From Spirochaetia bacterium (GTDB lineage: Bacteria; Spirochaetota; Spirochaetia; DSM-2461), in assembly GCA_963668315.1 (NCBI GenBank), contig OY764216.1, positions 4,192,001-4,256,000 on the forward strand: DNA of 64,000 nt. The letters run 5' to 3'. Each line of letters begins with the position of its first letter. The stretch's first letter is position 1. Below are positions 19,635-29,555 of the stretch, in pieces. A program made the translations under genes and the position numbers. The notes beneath the pieces were generated by a model. It searched no databases. It saw nothing but the letters and a program-made list of their open reading frames with translations, and had not been told where the DNA came from.

Positions 19635-20894
19635 CTAAAAATCCGTGTTAAGAACTTCCAGGGCTTTGTTGATGATCCCCTCCGGCTTGATCGGCTTGAT
19701 AAGATAGCTGTTGATATTGAAACTCATCGCCTTGCTGACGCTCTCCTTACGGGACAGGGCGGTCAGTACGATAACGGGAATCTCCACCTTGTAGGTGGCC
19801 AGGAACTGGAGAATGGCAAAACCGTTCATCCCCGGCATGATCAGATCCAGGAAGATCAGATCAAATTCCACATGGTCCTTGCTCATATAACTAAGGAAAT
19901 CGTTACCGTTCTCGAAGGATTTGACATCCCAATTCGTCTCTTTCAGGGCCGATTCCACAATGGAGTGGACGATGAAGTCGTCATCCACCACGGCCAGGGT
20001 CAGTTTTTTCTGAAAGATCTGCTGTTTCCGGCTCTCCTCCGCCTCCTTGGCGAAATTGAGCTGAAAGGTCTCCTTATCCAGGGTGGAACTTCCGGAAAAG
20101 AAATTCTCCTGCACCGCGTCCTGTTCGGCGGTCAGCTTCTCCAGTCCTTTGATGCCGAGCAGGCCGTCCATGGCTTTCTCCAGGGACGGAACGGCTTCCA
20201 CGCCGTCGAGCTCCACATCCTCCTTGAGATACTGGGTGATCTCCCGGGAAATGGTGAGGATTTTGATCTGCTCCGGGGTGGAACAGAATTCCAGAATATC
20301 CACGATAAGATCCTTCAGCTTCCACAGATCGTCGTGCTTCACCTGAATATCGGTCATGAGGAGAAGGATACGGGGTATCTGAACGCCGTGGAGTCTGAGC
20401 AGCTCGGCCACCTTGTATCGCAGGAGGCGGAATTTCTCCCGGTTGAACCCCTGGGCTATCTCGATGAAAAGGATTTTGTCATTCAAATGGGCGTCAAGCA
20501 GACAGGGGGTCTGATCTATTTCAATCGGCACACCCAGAGCTTCGGAAACCGCATCGAGAAGGGCGTCGATTTTGATGGGCTTGTAAAGGATTTTCTTCAC
20601 CCCGAGGCGGCCCACTTTCATGACCATGTCCTTATCGAGCTTATTGGAATTCAGGATTACCGGGATATCCGCCACCTGGGGGGATTTCTGCTTAGTCTCC
20701 AATATTTCAATGGCGCTTTTCCGGGTAAGGAAAAAATCCATGATGATCAGGTCCGGCTCTTCCGAGCGTATTTTCCCGTAACCGTCAAGTCCGTTAATGG
20801 CGGATATAACATTGAAGCCGTAAAAGCTCAGCTGTTTGCTGAGAAAATCCCGGACCAGGGAAGAATCATCGATTACAAGAATAGTTTTTGCCAT
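19635..20894 (-). CDS. Double-receiver response regulator with central (possibly STAS-like) domain
   Basis: N-terminal REC 'ILVIDDS...PDLIIMD' and C-terminal REC 'VVDDD...[13 protein letters not shown]...YLIKP'; 1 nt from kinase start. Confidence 0.85.
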   Translation of the reverse strand: MAKTILVIDDSSLVRDFLSKQLSFYGFNVISAINGLDGYGKIRSEEPDLIIMDFFLTRKSAIEILETKQKSPQVADIPVILNSNKLDKDMVMKVGRLGVKKILYKPIKIDALLDAVSEALGVPIEIDQTPCLLDAHLNDKILFIEIAQGFNREKFRLLRYKVAELLRLHGVQIPRILLLMTDIQVKHDDLWKLKDLIVDILEFCSTPEQIKILTISREITQYLKEDVELDGVEAVPSLEKAMDGLLGIKGLEKLTAEQDAVQENFFSGSSTLDKETFQLNFAKEAEESRKQQIFQKKLTLAVVDDDFIVHSIVESALKETNWDVKSFENGNDFLSYMSKDHVEFDLIFLDLIMPGMNGFAILQFLATYKVEIPVIVLTALSRKESVSKAMSFNINSYLIKPIKPEGIINKALEVLNTDF

Positions 20895-20982
20895 GGCACA
20901 CCTGCAGTTGAGAGATCATTTGCTTTATTAATATTACATTTCACTGGATTTTTCAAATGGTTTAAGGCAATATATAGCAGTT

Positions 20983-22167
20983 ATGGACCAACTTTATGAA
21001 TTCACAGGCCCGCTGCGGTCAATGATCATCGAAAAAGCCCCTTTCAGAAGACTTGGTCCTTTCTGGAAGGAGAACACCCCTCTCTTTTTCGAAAAACGGG
21101 AATACGACAGTCACGGAAGGCTTCTCGTAAGGGAAAAACCGGATTATACGGAATACTACGCCTATATGGCCGGGGAGAGGGAACTGGATTTCCGCCGTTC
21201 CGCCCTGTACCGCTTCAACGGAGAGAAACAGCTGGAATCCAGGGAAATCTGGCACTACGGCCAAGAGGGCACCCTGCGGGGAAAAGAGATATACCGGGGA
21301 GAGGCCGCTCCTCTTTTTGTGGAGATTCAGGAAGACCCGGCCCGGGGCGTTCTGGTGGAAAAGGACGGGATCAGGATACGGGGAAAACAGTTCGATTCCC
21401 GGGGCCGGCTGATTTCGGAATATCTTTACGGCGGGGACCAGGCCGATCTCATTATAAAGTACACCTATACCGACGAAGGTTTTATCCTGAAGAAAGAGGA
21501 AGCCGACAAAAACGGCAGCCCCATTAAAACCTCCTTCTACGGCTGCACCGAATCGGGCCTGATCAGGGAGATTCGGGAGACGGACCGGACGGGCGAACTG
21601 CTTTATCACCGCCTATACGAATACCCCCGGGGAGAGGACAGCAACTGGCTGGTCAGGGAGGAGTATGCCCTCAACGGGCACGGCAGGAAGAAACCTCTCT
21701 CCCTGACCTACCGCTCCCTCAATTTCTTCCACGAACCGCGCCTTGTCAGGGAAGAGCCACCCCAGCCGGTCCGGGAAAAGGGAAAGGCGGAACCGACGGA
21801 GGACACGAAGGTTTTCTCCAACGGGTTCTACCGGGGTCAGCTGAAGGAGGGGCTCCCGAGCGGCAAGGGAACCTTTTCATACAATGACGGCAGCCGCTAC
21901 CGGGGTACGTTTTTTTCGGGAAAGCCGGAAGGAAGGGGAGAGCTGATCCGCAAGGACGGTTCGGTGTACCGGGGCGACTTTAAAAGCGGGATTATGCACG
22001 GCAGGGGAATTATGGAATGGTCCGACGGCAGCCGCTATGAGGGGCCGTTCCGCCGCGGGAAGATGGACGGTGTCGGCGTGTATACCTGGCCGAACGGGGA
22101 CCGTTTCAAAGGACTTTTCGAGAAGGGGAAACGCACCGATCAGGGCCTCGTGGAGAGAAATGAATAA
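20983..22167 (+). CDS. Hypothetical protein with YD/RHS-like repeats and C-terminal MORN repeats
   Basis: 'EYDSHGRLL', 'QFDSRGRLI'; repeated 'DGSRYRGTFFSGKPEGRG', 'DGSVYRGDFKSGIMHGRG', 'NGDRFKGLF'. Confidence 0.8.
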   Translation: MDQLYEFTGPLRSMIIEKAPFRRLGPFWKENTPLFFEKREYDSHGRLLVREKPDYTEYYAYMAGERELDFRRSALYRFNGEKQLESREIWHYGQEGTLRGKEIYRGEAAPLFVEIQEDPARGVLVEKDGIRIRGKQFDSRGRLISEYLYGGDQADLIIKYTYTDEGFILKKEEADKNGSPIKTSFYGCTESGLIREIRETDRTGELLYHRLYEYPRGEDSNWLVREEYALNGHGRKKPLSLTYRSLNFFHEPRLVREEPPQPVREKGKAEPTEDTKVFSNGFYRGQLKEGLPSGKGTFSYNDGSRYRGTFFSGKPEGRGELIRKDGSVYRGDFKSGIMHGRGIMEWSDGSRYEGPFRRGKMDGVGVYTWPNGDRFKGLFEKGKRTDQGLVERNE

Positions 22168-22247
22168 ATGGGGAAAGGGCTTTTCCTTCCCAGAAAAAAA
22201 GAATATAATGACCGACGTTTTGGAATAAGAGAGTCGAGGTGACAATC

Positions 22248-22571
22248 ATGAAAAGTACCGAAATGGAAAGAAAAGAAAGAGAGCTTAAAAGGGCCAGAAA
22301 AAAAGAAGATGTTCTGGCCCGGAAAACGGATAAGGAGGACCGTTCCGTTGGTGATTTCATCAAGGAACTGCACGGTCTTTTCTTTTTTGACGCACAAAAA
22401 ATCTACAATATCGAAAGCTCAGACGAAATTGAAACTCTCCTGATGGAAATGGTAGAGGAAATTCCCGAAAAGCAGTGGGACAATGTTATCAGAAAGGCGG
22501 TCAAGCAGACCAAAGTAGCCCAGAAGGATGAGGCGATAGAAGCCCTTAAGCTTCTTGCCGAAATGGAATAG
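22248..22571 (+). CDS. Hypothetical charged helical protein
   Basis: ORF with SD-like GAGGTG 6 nt before ATG and downstream terminator. Confidence 0.7.
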   Translation: MKSTEMERKERELKRARKKEDVLARKTDKEDRSVGDFIKELHGLFFFDAQKIYNIESSDEIETLLMEMVEEIPEKQWDNVIRKAVKQTKVAQKDEAIEALKLLAEME

Positions 22572-22591
22572 ATTTTTTGTTAACGCAAGGC

Positions 22592-22621
22592 AAAGGCTCC
22601 GTAAAAACGGGGCCTTTTTTT
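22592..22621 (+). terminator. Rho-independent terminator
   Basis: AAAGGCTCCGT-AAAA-ACGGGGCCTTT followed by T-tract. Confidence 0.75.
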
Positions 22622-23405
22622 ATGCTCCTTTACATTCGGAGGGAGTTACTCCCGTCACTTCCTTGAACTTGCGTGAAAAATGATAGGGATTGGCGAAACC
22701 GTAATAATAAGCCCCCTCTTTGACTGAAGCGCCGCCCTCGATTAACAGACGGGCCTGGGAAAAAAGCTCCTGATAATACATATCCATCAGACTCAACCCG
22801 GTAAAGGTCTTTATCTTTCTCGTCAGGTAGCTTCTTTCCAGCCCGAGCCGGGAGGCAAGTTCTCCGACCGTCGGTCTCTCCGAAGGACTGCCCTCGATCA
22901 TATCGGCCATAATCCGTCTGATTCTCTGTTCAAAATTCCCCCCGGAAGGCATGGAAAGGGGATTTTCATGAATCCGGAGGGTGTCAATTCTCTCAAGAAG
23001 CCCCGCTGTCCAGAGAAAATAAAATTCATCCTTCAGCATTCCGAATTTCCTCCCCTCCCCCTTGAGTCTGTCCCTGAGGATGAAAAGGTAAGATCCCAGG
23101 GAGGTCAGGGAAAAGGGGCCCGCCCCGGAGACCTGCGCCAGAACGGTCAGATCTCCCTGAAGGAGAAAATTGAAATATACGCCCGGATCCTGTTCGTTCC
23201 ACATCCAATGGAACTTTCCCGGGGGAATGAGGACACAATCTTCCCGGGACAGATGAAAATACCTTTTTCTCTCTGTCTGAAGACCGATTTTCCCGTCCAG
23301 CACCAGTATCAGTTCATACTCCGATCGATGGCTGTGCCCGGTGAACCGGACCCCTCCCCCGGAAAAATCCACAAGCTTTCCCTTTGTTTCGCTCAGATAG
23401 GCCAT
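22620..23405 (-). CDS. AraC-family regulator with cupin sensor domain
   Basis: 'HSHRSEYELILV...IPPGKFH' cupin; 'GFANPYHFSRKFKEVTGVTPSE'; start set at MAYLSE after TACTAT -10. Confidence 0.88.
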   Translation of the reverse strand: MAYLSETKGKLVDFSGGGVRFTGHSHRSEYELILVLDGKIGLQTERKRYFHLSREDCVLIPPGKFHWMWNEQDPGVYFNFLLQGDLTVLAQVSGAGPFSLTSLGSYLFILRDRLKGEGRKFGMLKDEFYFLWTAGLLERIDTLRIHENPLSMPSGGNFEQRIRRIMADMIEGSPSERPTVGELASRLGLERSYLTRKIKTFTGLSLMDMYYQELFSQARLLIEGGASVKEGAYYYGFANPYHFSRKFKEVTGVTPSECKGA

Positions 23406-23511
23406 GTTGGAATAGTACAACAAAATCGGGATAGGAAAAAGTCACAGAGGGACATGGGGCTTCCCCGCTAAATCCCCTAGGATGGAGGAAGATCATAAAC
23501 GGAGGATTTCC

Positions 23512-24518
23512 ATGAAGATTCTTATCAGCGGAGGAGCCGGCTACATCGGCTCGGTTATAGCAGGAGTTCTAAGCAAGGAAGGGCATGAGCCGATTATTCT
23601 CGATTCTCTCTCCGGAGGGCAGAGGCCGATCAATTTCGCCTATCCCTTCTATCACGGGGATATGGCGGATCCCCCGCTCCTGAAACGGATTATCCGGGAA
23701 CAGGGGATTCCCTACGCCGCCGTTCACTGCGCCGCCCTCACCGTCGTCCCCGAATCGACCGAACAGCCTGCAAGGTACTATCGGGAAAACGTCTCCAAAA
23801 CCCTGGATTTTTTCGGGAACCTCCGGTCCGAAGGCTGCCGCCGGATCCTCCTGAGCGGCTCCGCTTCAATCTACGGCCGTACCGCGGAAGGAAAACTGAA
23901 AGAAGACACCCCGCCCGCCCCGGAGAGCCCCTATGCCCGGACTAAGATGATCCAGGAGTACATCCTGGAAGACCTCTGCCGCTCCGGAAAAGATAGCGGT
24001 CTGAGGGGAATCACTCTCCGCTACTTCAACCCCCTGGGCGCGGCGCCGGACCTGTCCGCCGGCCCCTGGAAAAAGGAGGGAACCCATCTCATGGCACGCC
24101 TGCTCTCCCACAGTCCCGGGGACCCCTTTGTCCTGACCGGAACGGATTTCGCGACCAGGGACGGAACGGGGATCAGGGATTACTTTCATGTGGCCGATCT
24201 GGCCCTCGCCCATCTGGCGGTCCTCGAAGATTTCGATTCGATCCTGAGCCGGTCCGCCTCCCCCTACCTGGCAATGAATGCCGGCTCCGCAGAGGAATCA
24301 GCGTCAGGGAATTCATCCATGCCTACGAAGAGGTCACGGGAAAACAGGTCGACTACCTCGAAGGTCCCACCCGCCCCGGAGACGTGGCGGGCGGATACGC
24401 CGATACGGAGAGAATCTCAGGAATGACGGGATGGAAACCCCGCTACACCCTGGAGGAAGCCATAGAGAGTGCTGTGGCCTGGGAGAATAGGGGAACTCAT
24501 CCGGGCGGAGACCTTTAA
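23512..24518 (+). pseudogene. galE: UDP-glucose 4-epimerase, frameshifted (1-bp deletion near 24289) or sequencing error
   Basis: 'ILISGGAGYIGS', 'SPYARTK', 'LRYFNPLGA', 'DGTGIRDYFHVADLA'; GalE C-terminus 'RGISVREFI...RPGDV...GWKPRYTLEEAIESAVAW' continues in another frame from 24291 to TAA 24516-24518. Confidence 0.85.
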
Positions 24519-25315
24519 TAGAGGTAGAATCCCGTCCCGATGTTAAGGCCTGAGTTCATGTAGGGAACCGATTCCCAGGCGGCCCAGGCCCACAGATTAT
24601 CTTCCCTGTAGAGAAAGGAGATTTTCCAGATATCCAGATTGATATTATCCCCGTCATAGGACGCATGGTTGCCGTAGATATCGGGAACGGCCAATCCGAG
24701 ACCGGCTTCCCAGAAGAAAGAACTGCCGTTTCTCCTGTTGTATAAAAAACCCTCGGTCAGCATAAGGGAATAACTCTGCCCCGAGGGAGAAAGATTAATG
24801 CAGTCGTCATTAACCTCGCAGATCTCCTCCCGATAGGCCTTGTAGTCACCCCACTCCCGGTCGTAAACTCCCTCGAGACCGACGGTGACCTTATGCCTTT
24901 TCCCGATCAATACCCGCATGTCGCCCTGGCCGGCAATGCCGTAAAAACTTTTCCGGATCAGGTCCGGATTTTCCCCGTCCGATGATCCTTCGGGATACTC
25001 CTCAAGGGAGTTAATTCCTCCGTAGATCGAAGCGCTTCCGGCCAGCTGCAGGGAGAAGGGACCGATGAGGGGAAAGGCTGCTCCGTGCATGAGCCCCGCC
25101 TGAAGGGACAGGGAGGAATAATCCTCATACTCGCCTAATACGGGACTGATCTTGAGGAAAAGTCCGCCGTCCTGGGAAAACCCCTCTTCACCGTAATCGG
25201 GAGGGGGCATCACGATCTTGTCATGGCCGAGAAGAGCCGGGGAGTAATAACTGACACAACCGCTCAGAAGGACCGACAGGAGACCGCTGAGCATCAGGAT
25301 TCGATTTCTTTTCAT
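24515..25315 (-). CDS. Hypothetical lipoprotein, beta-strand rich
   Basis: Lipobox 'LLSGC'; C-terminus 'LNIGTGFYLY'; upstream TTGAGC-17-TAGAGT. Confidence 0.7.
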   Translation of the reverse strand: MKRNRILMLSGLLSVLLSGCVSYYSPALLGHDKIVMPPPDYGEEGFSQDGGLFLKISPVLGEYEDYSSLSLQAGLMHGAAFPLIGPFSLQLAGSASIYGGINSLEEYPEGSSDGENPDLIRKSFYGIAGQGDMRVLIGKRHKVTVGLEGVYDREWGDYKAYREEICEVNDDCINLSPSGQSYSLMLTEGFLYNRRNGSSFFWEAGLGLAVPDIYGNHASYDGDNINLDIWKISFLYREDNLWAWAAWESVPYMNSGLNIGTGFYLY

Positions 25316-25458
25316 AGGAGTCAGACTCTACCATATAATATACATCTGCTCAATGAATAAAATTACCTGTTTTTTGCCTTTTATCCTGAAAATCCCTGTA
25401 AAAATCCCTCCCCTTTTGAGTTGTCACAAACCTACACATCTGATAGGATGAAACGGTT

Positions 25459-26733
25459 ATGTTAGACTACAAATTCATTAAAGAAAATCTGGAAGCGGTC
25501 AAAGACAATATTGCCAACCGCTATATGCAGGCCGATGCAGACAAAGTAGTCGCCCTGTATGACAAACGGAACAATTTCATCACGGCCATAGACGAACAGC
25601 GCCGCCTCCGTAATGAAAATGCGAAAAAAATGAAAGGCCCCATGGATCAGGAAACCCGTCAGGCTCTGATCGAAGAGGGCAAGAAAATAAAGGATGAGAT
25701 CTCACGCCTTGAATCGGAAGCGGAAGAGACCCTCAAGGAACTGGAAATCGAAGGTTCCAGGATTCCCAACATGGCCCATCCCGATGCTCCCGTGGGCAAA
25801 GAGGATAAGGACAATACCGAGGTGGCCCGTTTCGGCGAGCCGACGGAATTCGATTTCGAAGCCAAGGACCACGTGGAGCTGATGGAAGCTTTGGACCTGG
25901 TAGACTTCGAAACAGCGGCCCGGGTCTCGGGCTCCAAATTCTACTACCTGAAAAACGAAGCGGTTCTTCTGGAAATGGCCCTGACCCGCTATGCCCTGGA
26001 TATTCTCAAGAAGCACGGCTTCACCCTGACCATTACTCCCGACATCGCCCGGGAGGAGATACTGGAAGGCACCGGATTCAACCCCCGGGGAGCCGAGTCC
26101 AATATCTACGCCCTGGAGGGAACGGGAACCTGCCTCATCGGTACGGCGGAAATTCCCCTGGGAGGCTACTACGCCGGCCAGATTGTTGACTTTACCGAAG
26201 GCCCCATCCTCATGGCCGGCGTCTCCCACTGCTTCCGCAGGGAAGCCGGTGCGGCCGGACAGTACTCCAAGGGACTTTACCGGGTACATCAGTTCACCAA
26301 AATCGAAATGTTCGCCTTCACCAAAGCGGAAGATTCCGATGCCATGCACGACAAACTCCGGGAAATCGAAGAGGAGATATTCACCGGCCTTAAAATCCCC
26401 TTCCGCGTCGTCGACACCTGTACCGGCGATCTGGGTGCTCCGGCCTACCGGAAGTTCGACCTGGAAGCCTGGATGCCCGGACGGGGAGAAGGCGGCTGGG
26501 GGGAAATTACCAGCACCTCCAACTGTACCGATTTTCAGGCGCGCCGCCTGGGCATACGCTATAAGGACGACAGCGGAAAAAATACCTATGCCCACACCCT
26601 GAACGGTACGGCCATCGCCATTTCCCGCGGTCTTATCTCGGTGATTGAGAACGGCCAGCAGAAGGACGGTTCCATCAGGATTCCCGAAAAACTCGTCCCC
26701 TACTGCGGTTTCGACACCATAGGACCCCGCTGA
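25459..26733 (+). CDS. serS: Seryl-tRNA synthetase
   Basis: 'LIGTAEIPL', 'CFRREAGAAG', 'GLYRVHQFTKIE', 'EITSTSNCTDFQARR', 'HTLNGTA'. Confidence 0.97.
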   Translation: MLDYKFIKENLEAVKDNIANRYMQADADKVVALYDKRNNFITAIDEQRRLRNENAKKMKGPMDQETRQALIEEGKKIKDEISRLESEAEETLKELEIEGSRIPNMAHPDAPVGKEDKDNTEVARFGEPTEFDFEAKDHVELMEALDLVDFETAARVSGSKFYYLKNEAVLLEMALTRYALDILKKHGFTLTITPDIAREEILEGTGFNPRGAESNIYALEGTGTCLIGTAEIPLGGYYAGQIVDFTEGPILMAGVSHCFRREAGAAGQYSKGLYRVHQFTKIEMFAFTKAEDSDAMHDKLREIEEEIFTGLKIPFRVVDTCTGDLGAPAYRKFDLEAWMPGRGEGGWGEITSTSNCTDFQARRLGIRYKDDSGKNTYAHTLNGTAIAISRGLISVIENGQQKDGSIRIPEKLVPYCGFDTIGPR

Positions 26734-28700
26734 TGTCCGGAGGGTACGATTTTCTCCGCGTCTGCTGCATCGTCCCTCCGGTCAAACCGGGAGACGTCAC
26801 TGCCAACGGAGCGGCCCTTGAAGAAGCGGCCCGGCGGGCAGTTGAAAACGGCGCGGGTGTCGTGCTCTTCCCCGAACTCAGCCTGACAGGTTATACTTGC
26901 GGGGACCTGTTTTTCCAGACGAGCCTCCTTGAAGGGGCCGCCGGAGAGTTGATCCGCCTCAAAACGGCTCTCGCCGATCTGCCGGTTCCTCTGGTGGTCG
27001 GTCTCCCCCTTTCCCATGACGGGGGCCTTTACAACGCCGCCGCGGTTCTCTCCGGGGGATCGATCAGGGGCATCGTCCCCAAAATCCATATTCCCAACAA
27101 CAACGAATATTACGAAAGCCGCTGGTTCTCCTCGGGACGATCCGTGAGGAATGAGACAGTGATCCTCGACGGGGAGGAGATTCCCTTCGGAACGGATCTG
27201 CTGTTTACCGGCAGGGGCAGTACCTTCGCTCTGGAGATCTGCGAAGACCTCTGGTCCCCCCTGCCCCCGGGCACTTGGGCCGCTCTGGCGGGTGCCCAGG
27301 TCATTCTGAATCCTTCGGCCAGCAACGAACTGGTGGGCAAAGCCGATTACCGGCGCGACCTGGTCAGACAGCAGTCGGCCCGGCTGCTCTGCGGTTACGC
27401 CTATGTTTCCGCCGGACCGGGAGAGTCCACCACAGACACGGTTTTCGGCGGCCACAGCCTTATCTGCGAAAACGGGTCCCTTCTGGGCGAGAACGGAAGA
27501 TTCTCCCGGGAGGAGGATACCCTCATGGCTGACTTCGACCTGGAATTTATCAATCACGAACGGCACAACTCTTCCAGTTTCCGGGAAGCCCGGGCCGCTT
27601 CGTCCTTCAAATTCCGAAAAATTCAAGTGTCCCGCCCCGTCTGGAACCGTGACAGGGTAAGACGTCCCATGGTAAAACATCCCTTTGTCCCCTCCCGCAT
27701 GGAAGAGAGAGAAAAGCGGTGCCGGGAAATTTTCTCCATTCAGTCGGAAGGTCTGGTGACACGTCTCAGACACATCGGCTGTCAGGATGTGGTTCTGGGG
27801 CTCTCGGGCGGCCTGGACTCCACTTTGGCTCTTCTGGTCGTGGCCGAAGCCTACCGCCGTCTCGGTTTGGACCGCTCGGGGATTCACTGCTACACCATGC
27901 CCGGGTTCGGCACAACCGCCCGGACGAAAGGCAACGCGGAAAAACTGTGCGAAGCCCTGGGAATTCCCTGCGATGTGGTAGATATTACCGATATCAGCCG
28001 AAGCCAGCTGGCACAGCTGAAGCACTCACCCGATACCCGGGATGTCACCTATGAAAATGTCCAGGCCCGCCAGCGGACCATGTACCTGATGAACAAATCC
28101 AATCAGCTCAAAGGTATCGTCATCGGAACGGGAGACCTCTCCGAACTGGCTCTGGGATGGTGTACCTACAACGGAGACCATATGTCCATGTACGCGGTCA
28201 ATACGGGAGTTCCCAAAACCCTGGTCAAATACCTCGTGGAATACGTGGCCCATACCATTGAGGAGAGCCATCCCGAAGAAAAATCGGCCGCCCCGGTTCT
28301 CCACGATATCATCGATACCCCCATCTCGCCCGAACTTCTTCCCCCCGATGAAGAGGGGAATATTGCCCAGAAGACGGAAGATCACGTGGGTCCCTACGAA
28401 CTGCATGATTTTTTCCTGTACCAGGTGGTGCGCTGCGGCTCGTCCCCTGCCAAAGCCCTGAAACTGGCCCTTCAGGCCTTCGAGGAAGATTATCCCGCCC
28501 CGGTTGTCTTCAAATGGCTCCGAACCTTCTACTGGCGTTTTTTCTCTCAGCAGTTCAAACGCTCCTGCCTCCCCGACGGTCCCAAAGTGGGAACCATAGC
28601 CCTGAGCCCCCGGGGAGACTGGCGCATGCCCTCCGACGCTTCGGTGAACCTTTGGATGGAAGAGCTGAAAGAGCTGGTTCATACCTATATTCAGGAATAA
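26733..28700 (+). CDS. nadE: Glutamine-dependent NAD+ synthetase
   Basis: Nitrilase domain 'FPELSLTGY', 'EICEDLW'; synthetase 'GLSGGLDST', 'ENVQARQRT', 'QQFKRSCLPDGPKVG'. Confidence 0.96.
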   Translation: MSGGYDFLRVCCIVPPVKPGDVTANGAALEEAARRAVENGAGVVLFPELSLTGYTCGDLFFQTSLLEGAAGELIRLKTALADLPVPLVVGLPLSHDGGLYNAAAVLSGGSIRGIVPKIHIPNNNEYYESRWFSSGRSVRNETVILDGEEIPFGTDLLFTGRGSTFALEICEDLWSPLPPGTWAALAGAQVILNPSASNELVGKADYRRDLVRQQSARLLCGYAYVSAGPGESTTDTVFGGHSLICENGSLLGENGRFSREEDTLMADFDLEFINHERHNSSSFREARAASSFKFRKIQVSRPVWNRDRVRRPMVKHPFVPSRMEEREKRCREIFSIQSEGLVTRLRHIGCQDVVLGLSGGLDSTLALLVVAEAYRRLGLDRSGIHCYTMPGFGTTARTKGNAEKLCEALGIPCDVVDITDISRSQLAQLKHSPDTRDVTYENVQARQRTMYLMNKSNQLKGIVIGTGDLSELALGWCTYNGDHMSMYAVNTGVPKTLVKYLVEYVAHTIEESHPEEKSAAPVLHDIIDTPISPELLPPDEEGNIAQKTEDHVGPYELHDFFLYQVVRCGSSPAKALKLALQAFEEDYPAPVVFKWLRTFYWRFFSQQFKRSCLPDGPKVGTIALSPRGDWRMPSDASVNLWMEELKELVHTYIQE

Positions 28701-28723
28701 GGGTATTTCCTTTCTGGAGGGCC

Positions 28724-28765
28724 AAAAAAATCCCGGAAAACCATGGTTTCTGCGGTTTTCCGGGA
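28724..28765 (-). terminator. Rho-independent terminator between convergent genes
   Basis: TCCCGGAAAACC/GGTTTTCCGGGA stem (28731-28765) with A7 tract at 28724-28730. Confidence 0.75.
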
Positions 28766-28813
28766 AAGTGTGTATTGCATCCCCCTGGGGAGATCCATTC
28801 AGGAAATGAACTA

Positions 28814-29347
28814 TCAGTCTACAATAAGGGTATCCTGATTTATACCGGCGAAGGTATCGATAATCATCGTGGTGGCCTGATCTATCAGATCTTCCTGCTC
28901 ATCGGAATTGAGCGAATCGGGACAGACTACGATCTTATAGAGGGGAGATGTCTTCTGTATGGGACCGCCGTCAAAGACAACGCCTTTGCCCAGTTCCATG
29001 TCCTCGGCCAGGAGACAGCCCTCTTTGGTCAGAGAATCGGGTACGTCCTTCCTGAATCCGATGCTGGTATAATCGACTTTTCTGTCTCCGTCGGTCATGG
29101 GCCCAATACTGATGAGAGAACCCGAATAGGTAAGGGCCAGCACTCCCCTGTCATCGTAGCTCTCAAAGCGGTCGACTTCCTCCATTCCCAGATTGAACAT
29201 CTGCTCCTTGAAGGACTCCTCCTTTTCGAGCCAGCCCGACTTCAGCCGTGCCATGGTATCTTCGTCATTGTTCAGTCCGAAAGTTTTGATAACGTCCTCA
29301 AGATGCTTCTCAATGGCGGGGGGGATTACACTTGTCATTGTACTCAT
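28814..29347 (-). CDS. Hypothetical acidic protein
   Basis: ORF with AAGGAG SD before MSTMTSV and downstream terminator; no family recognised. Confidence 0.75.
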   Translation of the reverse strand: MSTMTSVIPPAIEKHLEDVIKTFGLNNDEDTMARLKSGWLEKEESFKEQMFNLGMEEVDRFESYDDRGVLALTYSGSLISIGPMTDGDRKVDYTSIGFRKDVPDSLTKEGCLLAEDMELGKGVVFDGGPIQKTSPLYKIVVCPDSLNSDEQEDLIDQATTMIIDTFAGINQDTLIVD

Positions 29348-29555
29348 AATTTCACTCCTTTTGTTGCCTAGGCGTGCGGGTAACACAGCTACCGGCCAGC
29401 CTATCATTATCATCACCTGAACATTCGCTTATTTCAGGTGCACCATTTTCCGGCGCGTCTCTACATATGCGCCCTGAATCGCTGCAAATTGTGTATAACT
29501 AAGATAACCCATAAAAAGGGCTGAAATAATGTGCCGTTTGGTATAAAATAGGAGT

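Noticed and set aside
29362..29385. 'CCGCACGCCTAGGCA' resembling the 3' end of a ZMP/ZTP riboswitch
   Set aside because: The upstream GACUGRCG element and a proper P3 stem are missing, and the segment pairs in a different hairpin.
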